The notes below the pieces were generated by a model, which did not search any database, was not told the DNA's origin, and saw nothing but the letters and a program-made list of their open reading frames with translations. DNA of 64,000 nt, taken from Gammaproteobacteria bacterium. Its GTDB lineage: Bacteria; Pseudomonadota; Gammaproteobacteria; Poriferisulfidales; Poriferisulfidaceae. The stretch covers positions 28,335 to 92,334 of the forward strand of contig JAPOXW010000029.1 of NCBI GenBank assembly GCA_026706895.1, written 5' to 3'. This document shows, in pieces, positions 1 to 13,634 of this stretch; position 1 is the stretch's first letter; every line of letters begins with the position of its first letter. The translations under genes and the position numbers were made by a program.

Positions 1-210
1 GCCATCTTCGTTCACGCCAAGCAGATCAAGGGGGCCGCTGTCGGTGGGGGTTTGACGACCGACTAACGTCAAACAAGGCATCAGCATGCTCGGATTTTCG
101 GCCAGAAGCTTCTCTAGCAAGTCTTCCGTCTCCATTCCTTTGATTGATTGCACCGGCTTCACGGCTTTCGATGCTTTGTCAACTGCCCATATCTTAATGT
201 TGTCGTTCAT
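1..210 (-). CDS. NucS/DUF91-like endonuclease domain protein, 5' part only (runs off the window)
   Basis: Manual translation from ATG at 210, preceded by AAAGAGAGG: MNDNIKIWAVDK...EDLLEKLLAENPSML...LVGRQTPTDSGPLDLLGVNEDG. The 'GRQ..T..G.LDLLG' stretch is typical of NucS-like PD-(D/E)xK domains. Confidence 0.6.
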   Translation of the reverse strand, partial: MNDNIKIWAVDKASKAVKPVQSIKGMETEDLLEKLLAENPSMLMPCLTLVGRQTPTDSGPLDLLGVNEDG

Positions 211-462
211 GCCTCTCTTTCTAGATTCCTTATCCTTTAGTCAGATTTAGCCGATTCTATCAGACATATCTCCTCCCTCAGCATCCCAGTATCCCCTTCA
301 GGCTCATCTCTCATGAGAAGAGACTGACACTGTAAATTTCCGTTATGTCTACATAATTTCCCAATTTTTGTTTTTCCGCATACGGGAGGCCGTCTGGTGT
401 GGATTCCCACGTAAAATTTGACAGGCGAGCGAGGTTCTGCGGAAATCGGGCATCCACTCGAC

Positions 463-1626
463 TCAACTCCCCGAAAGGAGCGCGGCCAGGCCGTTCAGGC
501 TGATGGCCTCGATTCCTTCGCCCATGGAATACGAATCCTCTCCCGCATATACGACGAAAGTACGCTCGGGTCTTAGGTCCTCTCTCGCATGGTGGAACCC
601 CTTGCGCAGTTTCGGCGCAAGGCCGTACTTGATCTCGACGGCCCACAGTTTCCCGTCCGGCATTTCCAGCACCAGGTCGATTTCGGCGCCGGCGGCTGTC
701 CGGTAGAAGGACGCCGTTGCCCGCGGGGGAGCGGCCGCTAGCAGGTTCTCCAGTGCAAACCCTTCCCAGCTGTTGCCCGCAACCGGATGCCCGAGCACTG
801 TGTCTCGATGGTCGAGGCCGAGCAGGGTGTGGACCAGGCCGCTGTCGCGCACATAGACCTTCGGGGACTTCACCAGGCGCTTGGCGACATTGGCATGGAG
901 TGGTGGCAGGCGGCGGACCAGCAGGAGGTCGACAAACAGGTCCAGGTAGCGGGCGATGGTTTTCCCGTCGACGTCCAGGCTGCCGGCGAGTTGCGCCGCA
1001 TTGAGCATGCCGCCCTGCGCATGGGACAGCATGGTCCAGAATCGACGCAGGGTTTCCGCCGGGATGCGTGGGCCCAGTTGCGGGATGTCGCGTTCCAGGT
1101 AGGTGCGGATGAAGTTGTCCCGCCAGATCACGCTGGCCTCGTCGTCCCGTGCGAGGAAGCTGTCTGGAAACCCGCCCCGGACCCAGAGCCGTTCGCGGGC
1201 GTCGCCCCCGACTTCCAGCGCGCCGAAAGGTTCCAGTTCGACATAGGCGATGCGCCCGGCCAGGGATTCGCCCGACTGCCTGAGCAGGTTGCCGGACGCC
1301 GATCCCAGGAGCAGGAATCGGCCGGCCCGAAGGCCGCGTCGCCGGCCTTCGTCGATGAGACCGCGAAGGACCTGGAACAGCTCCGGCATTCGCTGGATTT
1401 CGTCCAGGATGACTAGCCGGTCTTCATGGCGGCTGAGAAAATGCTCGGGGTCCGCCAGTTTCTTCCGGTCCGGCGCCCGCTCCAGGTCGAGGTAGACGCT
1501 GGGGCGTTCTCCGGCAACCTGTCGAGCCAGGGTGGTCTTGCCCGCCTGGCGCGGGCCGAGCAGGGCGACTGCCGGGAACTGTTTCAGCCTGGCATGGATG
1601 GCCGGCAATTTTTGGCGCGGAATCAC
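463..1626 (-). CDS. AAA_14 ATPase with C-terminal DUF4143 domain
   Basis: Walker A GPRQAGKT, Walker B ILDEIQ, KSPKVYVRDSGL, and the C-terminal EIDLV...AVEIK motif. Confidence 0.9.
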   Translation of the reverse strand: MIPRQKLPAIHARLKQFPAVALLGPRQAGKTTLARQVAGERPSVYLDLERAPDRKKLADPEHFLSRHEDRLVILDEIQRMPELFQVLRGLIDEGRRRGLRAGRFLLLGSASGNLLRQSGESLAGRIAYVELEPFGALEVGGDARERLWVRGGFPDSFLARDDEASVIWRDNFIRTYLERDIPQLGPRIPAETLRRFWTMLSHAQGGMLNAAQLAGSLDVDGKTIARYLDLFVDLLLVRRLPPLHANVAKRLVKSPKVYVRDSGLVHTLLGLDHRDTVLGHPVAGNSWEGFALENLLAAAPPRATASFYRTAAGAEIDLVLEMPDGKLWAVEIKYGLAPKLRKGFHHAREDLRPERTFVVYAGEDSYSMGEGIEAISLNGLAALLSGS

Positions 1627-1677
1627 CCTAGTAATTATGGCATATTATTCCATAAATACAAGGATAAGATCCTTTTT

Positions 1678-2343
1678 TCAGGAATTCGGCCAGAAAGCCA
1701 GTGCCACGACCCGGGGATGCGTCACGACATACACCCGCATGTCGATTCCGCTTTTGAGGAGGGCGCGGCCTTGCGCCAGGTTGACCTCGACGTCCTGAAA
1801 CCCCAGGGACTGCCCGGTTTTTGAATTGAAAGCCTTGTAGACGGCCTCCTTGGCGCAGAACAGGACACGGCTTTGAAGAAGGTCGGCGTCGTACCTGCGT
1901 TGCTCGCCGGGAGTGGAGATCTCCTCCATGACCTTGGGCGGCAAGGGTTCTGCCGGTTCAACATCAATGCCGACGAAAGACGAACCATCGGAGTGCATCA
2001 CGGCAGCCACGGCCACATCCCTGTCATGGGCGAGAGAGCCGGCCACGCCGTCCGGCCACTTGGGTGCGCCGTTCGGGAGCCGGGGCAACTCGGCATCGGG
2101 CAGGCCCAGTTGCTCCAGGAGTTGCCGCGCCAATATCCGCACCGCGCCGCTCTGCCTGTGAACCTTCAGGGTGGCTTTCTCGCGGCCTGCGCGCTCGGCA
2201 GGCGAAAGCGCATGCTCGTCTCCCGGCGTGATGACGCGATGCCCCAGCAACAAGCCGGGTGCCCGCAACGTTTCCAGGGCCTGCGCCAGCAGGGGGTCGA
2301 CCGCTGGCTCGAAGTCGGGAGGCCCTACTTTTCTTTCAGCCAC
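1678..2343 (-). CDS. 4'-phosphopantetheinyl transferase (EntD/Sfp-like)
   Basis: GAPKWPDGVAGSLAH, VGIDVE and FCAKEAVYKA motifs. Start moved to GTG 2343, which overlaps the upstream stop. Confidence 0.85.
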   Translation of the reverse strand: MAERKVGPPDFEPAVDPLLAQALETLRAPGLLLGHRVITPGDEHALSPAERAGREKATLKVHRQSGAVRILARQLLEQLGLPDAELPRLPNGAPKWPDGVAGSLAHDRDVAVAAVMHSDGSSFVGIDVEPAEPLPPKVMEEISTPGEQRRYDADLLQSRVLFCAKEAVYKAFNSKTGQSLGFQDVEVNLAQGRALLKSGIDMRVYVVTHPRVVALAFWPNS

Positions 2344-3007
2344 CCGCGAATCGCTCCTTTCCCGACATTTGTTCCTCCACTCCGTAGAGCCGGGACACGC
2401 CTTCGGCAAATGCCGCCTGTCCTCCATGACTGGGATGCCGCACCGGGTGATGCTCCAGGCCGAATTCCTCAAGCGTGTCATGGGCATCCTTTCCGATGGC
2501 CACGATACGGCGGGGCTGGAGGGCGTCCAGCAGGGCGAAGAACAAGTCCTGACAGGTTCGGCGCTCGGCTCGGGTATGGCGGCGGTTGGACAAGGGCCTG
2601 CCGGGCTCGAACGGGTGCAGGGGGAAGACGTTCCAAAGGAAGACGGGTTGATCCACTCGGGCCAGCATCTTCCAGATCACGGCCGCAGTCCGTTCGGCAA
2701 CGGGCAAGCCCTTGGTGGCGCGGCGCAGGGCGAGGCCGCCGTAGGCTTGGGAAAGGGCCGGGAGATGTTCTTCGTCGGTCAGCGGCAATCCGGTGCGGCG
2801 GCCGCCGCGGTAACCGAGGTCCCGGGCGACCCAGAGGGAATCGATACGCATGCGAATCGCCGCATCGAGCAGGGCACGCAAGTTGGCGCGGCGCCGGCGG
2901 TCCGCGTCGGCCCGGTCGCACAGGCTGCATCGCTCGCCATACGGATTGAATACTCCGTCGAGACGGATGCGGCTCAGGGCCTTGACGAAAGAATGGGGAG
3001 TCATCAC
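2336..3007 (-). CDS. Uracil-DNA glycosylase superfamily protein (UDG-like)
   Basis: FNPY, GYRGGRRTGLPLTDE, WNVFPLHP, SNR and VRHPSHGG motifs. Confidence 0.8.
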   Translation of the reverse strand: MMTPHSFVKALSRIRLDGVFNPYGERCSLCDRADADRRRRANLRALLDAAIRMRIDSLWVARDLGYRGGRRTGLPLTDEEHLPALSQAYGGLALRRATKGLPVAERTAAVIWKMLARVDQPVFLWNVFPLHPFEPGRPLSNRRHTRAERRTCQDLFFALLDALQPRRIVAIGKDAHDTLEEFGLEHHPVRHPSHGGQAAFAEGVSRLYGVEEQMSGKERFAGG

Positions 3008-3127
3008 TCCATTAAAGCACCAGGTCGTTTTCGCTGAGTTCAGGTCGTGGCCGCCCGAAATCCCGCATCCGTCTACAATCCGTTCACCACGTCAGTCCGG
3101 GTTCGCCGTCGGCGCCGGCAGATCGGC

Positions 3128-4186
3128 ATGGATGCAGAGACGCGACAATCGCTTTCCGACCCTATTCCCTTCGCATTCGAGGGGCGTGCCGAGGACTATT
3201 TCGCGATCTGGACCGTGAACCTGCTGTTCACGATTCTCACGCTCGGAGGGTATTCGGCCTGGGCAAAAGTCCGCCGATTGCAATTTTTCTACGGCAGCAC
3301 CCGTCTGGCGGGCGACGGGTTCAGTTACCTGGCGCGTCCCGTTGCCCTGTTGCGTGCCCGGCTTCTGGTGGTCGCCGTCCTGTCGCTTTACATCGCGGCC
3401 CTCTGGTTCTCGCCTCCGGTCGGCTTCCTGCTGACCCTCGGGTTCATTCCGGTCTATCCTTGGGTCATTCACCGCTCGCTGCGCTTCAATAGCCGCATGA
3501 CGGCATGGCGCACCGTGCGATTTGATTGGCACGGGACCTATCCGCAGGCATTCAAGGCGTTCGTCCTGTGGCCGGTTGCCAGCATCCTGACGCTGGGCAT
3601 CGCGTTTCCCTTTGCTGCCCGCGCCATGCGCGAGTACGTCGCCAACAGTCAGGCGTTCGGGCATGCAAGGTTTTCGGCGCGCACGGGTGTTGCGGAGTAC
3701 TACCTTGCTGCGGGAGTGACGCTTCTGGTCTTCCTGTTCGGTGGCAGCGTCATTGCGGCCGTGCTCAGCGTCGTTTTGGCATTGCCGGGATTCGGGTTGG
3801 CGTCTGATGCTTTCGTTATTGGGGGAGCCGAGTTGATCGCCTTGCTGGCAGCGCCGTTGGCGGCCTATGCCGGGGGCGAGTTGTTCATGGTCCTGACGCG
3901 AAACATCATCGTCAACCGGCTCGTCCTGCAGCCGGGGCATCACTTCAGTTGCAGCCTGTCCGGCGCCACGATCATCTGGATCAGTGTGACCAACATGCTG
4001 GCCATCCTGTTTTCGCTGGGACTGCTGTGGCCGTGGGCGCAGGTGCGCCGCTGGCGCTATCTGGCCGAAGCCATGGTCTTGAGGCCGGTCGGGTCACTTG
4101 ATCACTTCATCGACTCGCAACATGCCGCGGGGGTCGCCGTTGCCTCCGAATACGCGGATATTGAAGGCTACGAGGTCGGGTTGTGA
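3128..4186 (+). CDS. YjgN/DUF898 family inner membrane protein
   Basis: F.F.G...YF.IW.VNLL.TILTLG.YSAWAKVR signature and multiple TM segments. ATG 3128 chosen as start. Confidence 0.9.
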   Translation: MDAETRQSLSDPIPFAFEGRAEDYFAIWTVNLLFTILTLGGYSAWAKVRRLQFFYGSTRLAGDGFSYLARPVALLRARLLVVAVLSLYIAALWFSPPVGFLLTLGFIPVYPWVIHRSLRFNSRMTAWRTVRFDWHGTYPQAFKAFVLWPVASILTLGIAFPFAARAMREYVANSQAFGHARFSARTGVAEYYLAAGVTLLVFLFGGSVIAAVLSVVLALPGFGLASDAFVIGGAELIALLAAPLAAYAGGELFMVLTRNIIVNRLVLQPGHHFSCSLSGATIIWISVTNMLAILFSLGLLWPWAQVRRWRYLAEAMVLRPVGSLDHFIDSQHAAGVAVASEYADIEGYEVGL

Positions 4187-4650
4187 GCGTACGCGGGAAG
4201 TTGTATCAAGGGGGCACCACCCTGGCCCGCGAAGCGGCGCTCACCCGAACTGAAGGCGGGGAGTTCACCGCGGTCGTCGTCTCCGAAGGCAAGACCGTTT
4301 TCCTTGGCCACATGGAGGGCGTGACGGCCCGCGTCGCGGGTTCCGACCGGCTGATCTACTTTTCCAACGATTTCGCGTTCAGTACGAATGATCACGAAGG
4401 ACTTGACGCGCTGTTGCCGGAAGGGCAGGCGCGGCGAAACCGTTTCCTCGTGTTTTTCGAGCAGACCCGTATCGGCTATATGGTGGCTTTAGCCGTCCTG
4501 TTGATCGGGCTGGTGGTAGCCCACCAGGTCTTTCCGGCCTGGTTTTCCGAGATGCTGGAGGGCCTGATTCATTTCGAGTTCATCCCGTTCGAATTCGACC
4601 GGGACAAGGGGGCTTGGGCACTCTATCTCCAGGGGCAGGACCCGTGCTAA
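4183..4650 (+). CDS. N-terminal module of the M48 peptidase that usually follows yjgN; peptidase domain absent (possibly truncated)
   Basis: Overlaps the yjgN stop (GTGA). Beta-rich N-domain plus one TM helix, but no HExxH before the stop. Confidence 0.55.
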   Translation: MSVRGKLYQGGTTLAREAALTRTEGGEFTAVVVSEGKTVFLGHMEGVTARVAGSDRLIYFSNDFAFSTNDHEGLDALLPEGQARRNRFLVFFEQTRIGYMVALAVLLIGLVVAHQVFPAWFSEMLEGLIHFEFIPFEFDRDKGAWALYLQGQDPC

Positions 4651-4758
4651 ACTCCCGTCCAATTCACACGCCCTCCGAAAACGGACTTGACGAGGGCTTT
4701 CCGAATCAACTCAAGGTCGGAATAAATAAGGCTGACTGACCGGTAAGGGATCATCACG

Positions 4759-5025
4759 ATGATGGATGCGAACATATTCCAGATCGTCGCGGTGCTGGCG
4801 CTCCTCGGTTTCATGTGGACGCTTCATCGCGAGGTCAGCAAGTTGCACAAAGATGTCGGCAATTTCCGCAAGGATGTCGGCAAAGACATTGCCGATGTCC
4901 GAAAGGACATGGCGGATTTGCGTCAGGAATTCGGCCGGGACACTGCCGACCTGCGCGAGCGCATGGCCAGAATGGAAGGCCTGCTGGAAGGCTTCGTCGG
5001 CCGCCCGCAGGAATCACAGCCCTAA
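4759..5025 (+). CDS. Small membrane-anchored coiled-coil protein (DUF1640/CCDC90-like)
   Basis: N-terminal TM helix, KDV/KDI/KDM repeats and an LRERMARMEG end motif. RBS AAGGGA upstream. Confidence 0.65.
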   Translation: MMDANIFQIVAVLALLGFMWTLHREVSKLHKDVGNFRKDVGKDIADVRKDMADLRQEFGRDTADLRERMARMEGLLEGFVGRPQESQP

Positions 5026-5149
5026 GGAACGATGCCGCGCATTGGCGCGGTCGAGCATACCGGCGGACGAAATTCCCCCGCCGAAGCCCGACAGCGCCTG
5101 TAATATACTTGAAAGGCTAAACACGACATATGCCCACGGAAACGCTGCT

Positions 5150-9610
<4,461 letters not shown>

Positions 9611-9640
9611 GTTCAGGTCCGGCCCCGTTATCATTCCGCC

Positions 9641-11407
9641 ATGGCCGGGCGCATCCCTTCCGAATTCATCCAGCAACTGCTGGCTCGGGCCGATCTGGCC
9701 GACCTGATCGGCCGCTACGTCCCGCTCAAGAAGGCCGGGGCGGAGTTCAAGGCCTGCTGTCCGTTCCACAACGAAAAAACACCCTCGTTCACGGTCAGCC
9801 CGCGCAAGGGTTTCTACCATTGCTTCGGCTGCGGTGCGCACGGCACCGCGATCTCGTTCCTGATGGAGTACGGCCGGTATTCGTTTCCCGACGCAGTCGA
9901 GGAGCTGGCCAAGCAGACGGGGCTGGAAGTTCCGCGTGTCGGTGGGAGTGCCGCGCCGCGTCAGGAACTCGACCCGTTGTACGAATGCATGGAAACGGCA
10001 TGCCAGTTCTATCAGAAAGAGCTGACACGCTCCAAGCCGGCGCAGGCGTATGCGCATGAGCGAGACCTTTCGGACAAGATTCGCGAGGAATACCGGATCG
10101 GCTATGCGCCGCCAGGCTTTGAGAACCTCGGAGCGAAGCTGTCGGCACGGTTTTCCAAGGAGTTGCTGCTGAAGGTGGGCCTGTTGTCGGAAAAGGAAAA
10201 CCGGGTCTACGACAAGTTTCGCAATCGCCTGATGTTCCCGATCCGGGACTCGCGCGGGCGGGTGCTCGGATTCGGCGGGCGGGTCATCGATCCCGAAGAC
10301 AAGCCCAAATACATGAACTCGCCGGAAACCCCGCTGTTCCACAAGGGCCGTGTTCTGTACGGCGTGCACGAACTTCAGCAGCGCCGCGGCAAGATCAACT
10401 ACCTGATCCTGACGGAAGGGTACATGGACGTGGTCAGCCTGGCGCAGGCCGGAGTCAGGAACGCCCTCGCGACTTTAGGCACCGCCACGACCGAGGACCA
10501 CATCCGGCAGATGGGGCGTTTCTGCCGGACGTTCGCGTTCTGCTTCGACGGAGACAGGGCCGGTCGGGCGGCAGGATGGCGCGCCCTTGAGAACCTGCTG
10601 CCGGTTCTGCGCGAAGGCGACGAGGTTCGTTTTGCGCACCTGCCGGAAGGCGAGGATCCGGACAGTTACATCCGTGCCCATGGCACGTCCGGTTGGAAAG
10701 AATTCATCCGGGGGGCCGTGCCGCTGGAGGACTATTTCTTCACGCACTTGGAGCAAGACCTGAACCTGGGCCTGGCGTCCGGGAAATCGGCGTTGGTGGC
10801 AAAAGCGAGACCGTTGCTAGAGAAAGTGGGCGCCCCGGTTTTCCGCGACCTGATGATCCGGAAGCTGTGCGACACGACCGGACTGAGGGAAGATCAGTTG
10901 CGCCTGGAACCGGCGGGTTCAGGCCGGGCGGACGCCCGACGCTCCAGGCCGGCTCCGCCTGGGCGGCCTTCGGCGATACGCGTGATGATCCGCTTATTGC
11001 TGGAATATCCCGGGCTGGCCCGCCTGGCGCCTCCTCCTGAAGACCTGAAAGCCATCTCGGCTCCAGGGTTTGACCTGTTCGCCGGGATCGTGGACCTGGC
11101 GCAAAAGAACCCCGAAATCACGCCCCCCGGAATCATCGAGTCGTTTCATGGCCAGGACGCGGAAAAACACTTGAGGAACCTGATGCGCTGGACGCCGGCA
11201 GAGTTGTCGGGAGTGAAGGACGAGAGGGATGTGCATGCCGTCTTCGAGCAGGGCATGCGCCGGTTCAGGCTTCAGCGGGTCAGGCAGCGGATCGGCTCTC
11301 TGGAGGCCAAGCAGGCCGAGAAAGGAAGCCTAAGCCGGGCGGAACGGGAGGAACTGGCGAATCTGCGCAAGGGGCGCGCCGAACTTGCGCGGGCTCCGGG
11401 CGGGTAG
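9641..11407 (+). CDS. dnaG: DNA primase
   Basis: CPFHNEKTPSF...CFGC zinc finger, KYMNSPET, EGYMDV and the TOPRIM motif FDGD. Confidence 0.98.
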   Translation: MAGRIPSEFIQQLLARADLADLIGRYVPLKKAGAEFKACCPFHNEKTPSFTVSPRKGFYHCFGCGAHGTAISFLMEYGRYSFPDAVEELAKQTGLEVPRVGGSAAPRQELDPLYECMETACQFYQKELTRSKPAQAYAHERDLSDKIREEYRIGYAPPGFENLGAKLSARFSKELLLKVGLLSEKENRVYDKFRNRLMFPIRDSRGRVLGFGGRVIDPEDKPKYMNSPETPLFHKGRVLYGVHELQQRRGKINYLILTEGYMDVVSLAQAGVRNALATLGTATTEDHIRQMGRFCRTFAFCFDGDRAGRAAGWRALENLLPVLREGDEVRFAHLPEGEDPDSYIRAHGTSGWKEFIRGAVPLEDYFFTHLEQDLNLGLASGKSALVAKARPLLEKVGAPVFRDLMIRKLCDTTGLREDQLRLEPAGSGRADARRSRPAPPGRPSAIRVMIRLLLEYPGLARLAPPPEDLKAISAPGFDLFAGIVDLAQKNPEITPPGIIESFHGQDAEKHLRNLMRWTPAELSGVKDERDVHAVFEQGMRRFRLQRVRQRIGSLEAKQAEKGSLSRAEREELANLRKGRAELARAPGG

Positions 11408-11410
11408 GTC

Positions 11411-12376
11411 TCAGAACCGGTGCTTGAACCCGACCGTAACCGCCCAGTACTCGATGTTGTCCATCCGGACCTGGTCCCCGAAGGGCGTGATTCCGTCGAC
11501 GTCCACGGGCGCGTGATCGCGAATCCGGTCGTAAGTGGTGTGATCCCGGAACTCGTCGAATTGCGCCCAGCGGGCCTTGACGCCGACGGAACTCCGGTCG
11601 GTCAGGGCGTAGTCGATGCCGGCCAGCAGCTGGAACCCGAACAGCGTGTCGGACAGTTCGATGTCCATGGCGCTTAAGGTGCCTGCCGCGTTGGTCCGCC
11701 ATTCGCGCCACGAGCCGTCATCCCAACCGTAGCCGCTTTGGGCCGCCGGGACGTCCGGGGCCACGTCCAGGTAACCTTCGTCGATGCTCTTGCGCAGGAG
11801 CCGCCGCTTGTACTGCATCTTGGTCCGCGCCCATCCGGCGCCGATGCCGGCGTAGGGCGTCCACCGGGATTCCGTGGCGAAGTCGTAGAACACGTTGGCG
11901 AAGTACTGCCGGATGCGGAAATCCGAGATCCATTCGTAGGGCGGTTCGGTCTCGCTCCACTCGCGGTCCTTGCTGGCCAGGCCCGGGTGGGTCGAGGCGG
12001 TGACGATGGGATAGCTGGCCGAGCCGGGCTCGACGTGCATGAACTCCAGCTCGATGCGCCACCGGTTTCGGGCGTAGCCCGCGTGCAGGCCGGCGGCCAG
12101 GCCGCTGCCGGCGTCGAACCGTGAGTTCCATTTTTCCTTGATGCTGTCGTCTGTGCAGGCGGGATCGTTGCCGATCGCTGCGGACGGACGGGTCTCGTCG
12201 CCGTACATCAGAACGTCGCAGCGGGTCGGCTTGCTGTGCCCAGAGATTCTGGAATCCAGCGTGCGGGAGTCGGCCAGGCCGATGTCTGCGCCGACATAGA
12301 AGTCGGCATGCGCGATGGCCAGAGGGGTCATGCCGAGCACGAAAGAGCACAGGCGGAGCAGGGCCGGGCAGGGCAT
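11411..12376 (-). CDS. Outer-membrane beta-barrel protein (opacity/P44-Msp2-like), copy 1
   Basis: Signal peptide ending AHA|DFYVG, ANVFYDF, TPYAGIGAG, FGFQLLAG and a C-terminal Phe. Start uncertain (12376-12394). Confidence 0.75.
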   Translation of the reverse strand: MPCPALLRLCSFVLGMTPLAIAHADFYVGADIGLADSRTLDSRISGHSKPTRCDVLMYGDETRPSAAIGNDPACTDDSIKEKWNSRFDAGSGLAAGLHAGYARNRWRIELEFMHVEPGSASYPIVTASTHPGLASKDREWSETEPPYEWISDFRIRQYFANVFYDFATESRWTPYAGIGAGWARTKMQYKRRLLRKSIDEGYLDVAPDVPAAQSGYGWDDGSWREWRTNAAGTLSAMDIELSDTLFGFQLLAGIDYALTDRSSVGVKARWAQFDEFRDHTTYDRIRDHAPVDVDGITPFGDQVRMDNIEYWAVTVGFKHRF

Positions 12377-12504
12377 TTCGGGAATCCTCAGCAAGAAACG
12401 GTCGCCATTATATGGAAAGTCCGATCGATGCCAGAATAAAGATCAGGGGCCGACTCCCGCGCCGCATCCGCAGAAAGCCGCAATGGGGAAGGGGGCGTCC
12501 GGCT

Positions 12505-13476
12505 TCAGAACTGACGCTTGAAGCCGACCGTGACGGCCCAATATTCGATGCGCTTCATCCTGATCTGGTCCACCAGGGGGGTCACCCCGTCCGCGTAGAC
12601 CGGCTCGTGACCTCGGATCCGGTCGTAGGGCACGTCATCCCTGAAGTCGTCGAATTTCGCCCAGCGCGCCTTGACGCCGACGGAGGTCCGACCGGTCAGG
12701 GCGTAGTCCACGCCAGCCAGCAACTGGAACCCGAACAGCGTATCGGACAATCTGACGTCTGCGGAACTTGTCGTGCCCGCCGCGTTTCTCCGCCATTCGA
12801 GCCACGAAGCGTCGTTCCAGCCGTACCCGCGCTGTGCCGGGGGAATTTCCGGGGAGACTTCCAGATAGCCTTCTTCCACGCTCTTGCGCAGGAGCCGATT
12901 CCGGTACTGCATCCGTATCCGCGCCCATCCGACGCCGATGCCCACGTGGGGCGTCCACCGGGATTCCGAGGCGAAGTCGTAGAACACGTTGGCAAAATGC
13001 TGGCGGATGCGGAAATCGGAGATCCACTCATAGGGCGGCGCGGTCCCGCTCCACTCGCGGTCCTTGCTGGCCAGGCCCGGGTGGGTCGAGGCGGTGATGA
13101 TGGGGGAGCCGGCCGAGTCGGGCTTGACGTGCATGAGCTCTATCTCGACGCGGAGCGGGCCGCGGATATACCCTGCGTGCACTCCGGCGGCCAGGCCGCT
13201 GCCGGCATCGAATCGGGAACTCCAGGCGTCCCCGCGGCTGACGTCGCTGCAGGCAGGATCGTTGCCAATGGCCCCGGACGGCCGTGTCGCGTCGCTGTAC
13301 AGCCGGACATCGCAGCGCGTCGGATTGCTTTGCCCGGAAATCGTGGAATCCAGCGCGCGGGCATCGGCCAGGCCGATGTCTGCGCCGACATAGAAGTCGG
13401 CATGCGCGGCGGTCAGGAAGACCATGCCGAGCGCGAAAGAGCATAGGCGAAGCCAGGCCGGACGCGGAATTTTCAA
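12505..13476 (-). CDS. Outer-membrane beta-barrel protein, copy 2 (tandem paralogue)
   Basis: Colinear with copy 1 at a 1094-bp offset. TTG 13476 gives the signal peptide MKIPRPAWLRLCSFALGMVFLTAAHA. Confidence 0.75.
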   Translation of the reverse strand: MKIPRPAWLRLCSFALGMVFLTAAHADFYVGADIGLADARALDSTISGQSNPTRCDVRLYSDATRPSGAIGNDPACSDVSRGDAWSSRFDAGSGLAAGVHAGYIRGPLRVEIELMHVKPDSAGSPIITASTHPGLASKDREWSGTAPPYEWISDFRIRQHFANVFYDFASESRWTPHVGIGVGWARIRMQYRNRLLRKSVEEGYLEVSPEIPPAQRGYGWNDASWLEWRRNAAGTTSSADVRLSDTLFGFQLLAGVDYALTGRTSVGVKARWAKFDDFRDDVPYDRIRGHEPVYADGVTPLVDQIRMKRIEYWAVTVGFKRQF

Positions 13477-13634
13477 GGGTATTTTCGGTGGCAGACAACC
13501 GCCATTATAGGGCAAAATAGCCGCTCCGAGGATTAAAAAAACCTTATAAAACATTAGTCTACGGGGTGCGGCGAATGCGGTAGAATAAGTTTCGTAGAAA
13601 CCCCGATAACGAATCATAACCAGGGGTTGACCGT

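Noticed and set aside
4766-5149. 128-aa N-terminal extension of GltB in the ORF track
   Set aside because: Overlaps the better 4759-5025 gene; ATG 5150 gives a normal short GltB propeptide.
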